Assembly (NCBI GenBank): GCA_030604855.1
Contig: JAUVVC010000003.1
Span: 90,001-122,000, forward strand
Direction: 5' to 3'
Source: Erysipelotrichaceae bacterium
Lineage (GTDB): Bacteria > Bacillota_I > Bacilli_A > Erysipelotrichales > Erysipelotrichaceae
Length of the DNA stretch: 32,000 bases
In this document: in pieces, positions 30,892-32,000 of the stretch
Layout: every line of letters begins with the position of its first letter
Position numbering within the stretch: position 1 is the stretch's first letter
Notes under the pieces: generated by a model
Told to the model about the DNA's origin: nothing
Database searches by the model: none
What the model saw: only the letters and a program-made list of their open reading frames with translations
Program-made: the position numbers and the translations under genes

Positions 30892-32000
30892 TTAGACCAA
30901 GGCATGGATCCACTTGTTGCCTCGGATACGGATTTGATTGACAATGGATCTGAACATCCAGTCCACACCCATGGCCATGAAAATGCCGATGACACCGAAA
31001 TCAAGGATGACAGCAAATAAGTATGCGAAAGGGAGTCTAAACACCAACATGGCCGTAAGTGAGACATTCATGGTGAAGCGTACATCACCTCCGGCACGAA
31101 GTGCTGAGGAAAGCATGAAGCCGGGTGTCCAGAAGAGAATGGCAATGGCGTTGTGGACCAACATGGCCATGATGGTGTAATCCCGAGCTTCGGGAGAAAT
31201 GGTATAAAGCCTTAACAGAAAAGGAAGCGCAAGAAGCTCACCCACAGCCAAGAAAATCGTTACAATCTGAGCTTGACGCAACAGTTTCTTGGCATACATG
31301 CGCGCTTGTTCAACTTCCTTGGCCCCGATGCATTGACCGACAACGGTGATGCTGGCAAATAATACAGCCATGGAATAACTGAGGGCAAATGCCCCTAAGC
31401 TGTTTACGATGCCCTGAGCGGTGATCTGCGCTGTTCCAAACAGGGCGATGATGGAAGCGAGGAAGACGCGTCCGACTTGTGTGACCCCATTTTCCACACC
31501 GTTGGGGAGGGCAACCTTAAGGATGCGTAGGATGAGTTCTTTATCCCAGATCCACAGGTGTTGTTTATCTAATCGGATGACAAGCTCAGGGTTGAAATTG
31601 AGTTTGAGAATGAAACCAGAGGCGAGGATACGAGCTGTTAGAGTTGCGAAGGCCACGCCGGTGATACCGGCTTTGAAGCCGAATATAGCGACTGCGATGC
31701 CAAAGACACTTAAGAGATTGAGGACCATGGAAGCCATCATCGGAATGCGTGAGTTGCCCATGGCACGAAACAGACCTGCGCTGGAATTATAAGCAGCCAT
31801 GAAAGGATAACTGAGACTTGAGACGATGAAATAGATGCGTGCCGCTTGCATGACGTCCGCATCGACGGAACCAAATAAAAGCGAAAGGATGGCTTGGTTG
31901 AAAACCAGTACGATCCCTACAATGGATAAGGCCACAAGAACGGTGAGAACCATGACTTGTGTGGCTGCTTTCTGAGCCATCTCCAAACGTTTGGAACCAA
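30892..32000 (-). CDS. MATE-family efflux transporter (N-terminus beyond window edge)
   Basis: Polytopic, with MATE-like blocks (FRAMGNSRIPM, ALPNGVENG, LRAGGDVRFTM). The frame stays open upstream of the TTG at 31986 to the window end. Confidence 0.85.
   Translation of the reverse strand, partial: GSKRLEMAQKAATQVMVLTVLVALSIVGIVLVFNQAILSLLFGSVDADVMQAARIYFIVSSLSYPFMAAYNSSAGLFRAMGNSRIPMMASMVLNLLSVFGIAVAIFGFKAGITGVAFATLTARILASGFILKLNFNPELVIRLDKQHLWIWDKELILRILKVALPNGVENGVTQVGRVFLASIIALFGTAQITAQGIVNSLGAFALSYSMAVLFASITVVGQCIGAKEVEQARMYAKKLLRQAQIVTIFLAVGELLALPFLLRLYTISPEARDYTIMAMLVHNAIAILFWTPGFMLSSALRAGGDVRFTMNVSLTAMLVFRLPFAYLFAVILDFGVIGIFMAMGVDWMFRSIVNQIRIRGNKWIHALV

Noticed and set aside
1-32000. 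CRISPR arrays, tandem repeats or classical defence systems (restriction-modification, toxin-antitoxin pairs, nuclease/ATPase modules)
   Set aside because: Scanning the intergenic regions by eye showed no regularly spaced direct repeats. No ORF carries motifs of nucleases, methyltransferases, AAA/STAND ATPases or typical toxin folds. An exhaustive repeat search was not possible by eye.

Overview
The window looks like ordinary chromosomal DNA from a Gram-positive bacterium. Supporting signs are a glmS ribozyme, strong AGGAGG-type Shine-Dalgarno sites, CCA-encoding tRNAs and many rho-independent terminators. I guess Bacillota, possibly Erysipelotrichia or Clostridia-like; this is not verifiable here. 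All calls rest on motif recognition by eye; no search was run.

Gene content, left to right:
- Copper cluster: copA (5'-truncated by the window edge), csoR, an HMA/DsbD_2-like/cupredoxin fusion membrane protein, and copZ.
- A DUF2804-like gene followed by an AraC/GyrI-type regulator.
- A TetR-led operon with tightly overlapping genes: GPH-family sugar symporter, compact GH36-like alpha-galactosidase, and an unusual GT-B (MGDG-synthase/GT28-like) protein.
- A convergent AraC/GyrI regulator.
- A monocistronic eRF1/Pelota-like 'baeRF' family gene.
- A permuted papain-like (YiiX-type) hydrolase, a YhhN-family membrane protein, an M20 amidohydrolase, and a Na/Pi cotransporter with PhoU domains.
- An N-terminally short KdpD-like kinase and a KdpE-like regulator, directly followed by a small TPR protein, two half-size TrkA genes, an unannotated 30-aa membrane peptide, TrkH, and a membrane-anchored unknown protein.
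- dtxR-feoA-feoB plus an unannotated Cys-rich FeoB-associated peptide.
- glmS with its ribozyme leader.
- A tRNA-Pro(GGG)/Arg(CCU)/Leu(GAG) cluster.
- An orphan hypothetical gene, a MalY/PatB-type C-S lyase, a VOC-family protein, and a MATE efflux pump that runs off the window edge.

I saw no CRISPR array, integrase, transposase, phage gene or classical defence enzyme.

The best candidates for something under-described are:
- the baeRF-like gene and its neighbour;
- the GT-B-like protein embedded in a glycoside-catabolic operon;
- the KdpDE-like/Trk locus with three extra small proteins.

None of these can be proven novel from sequence alone.
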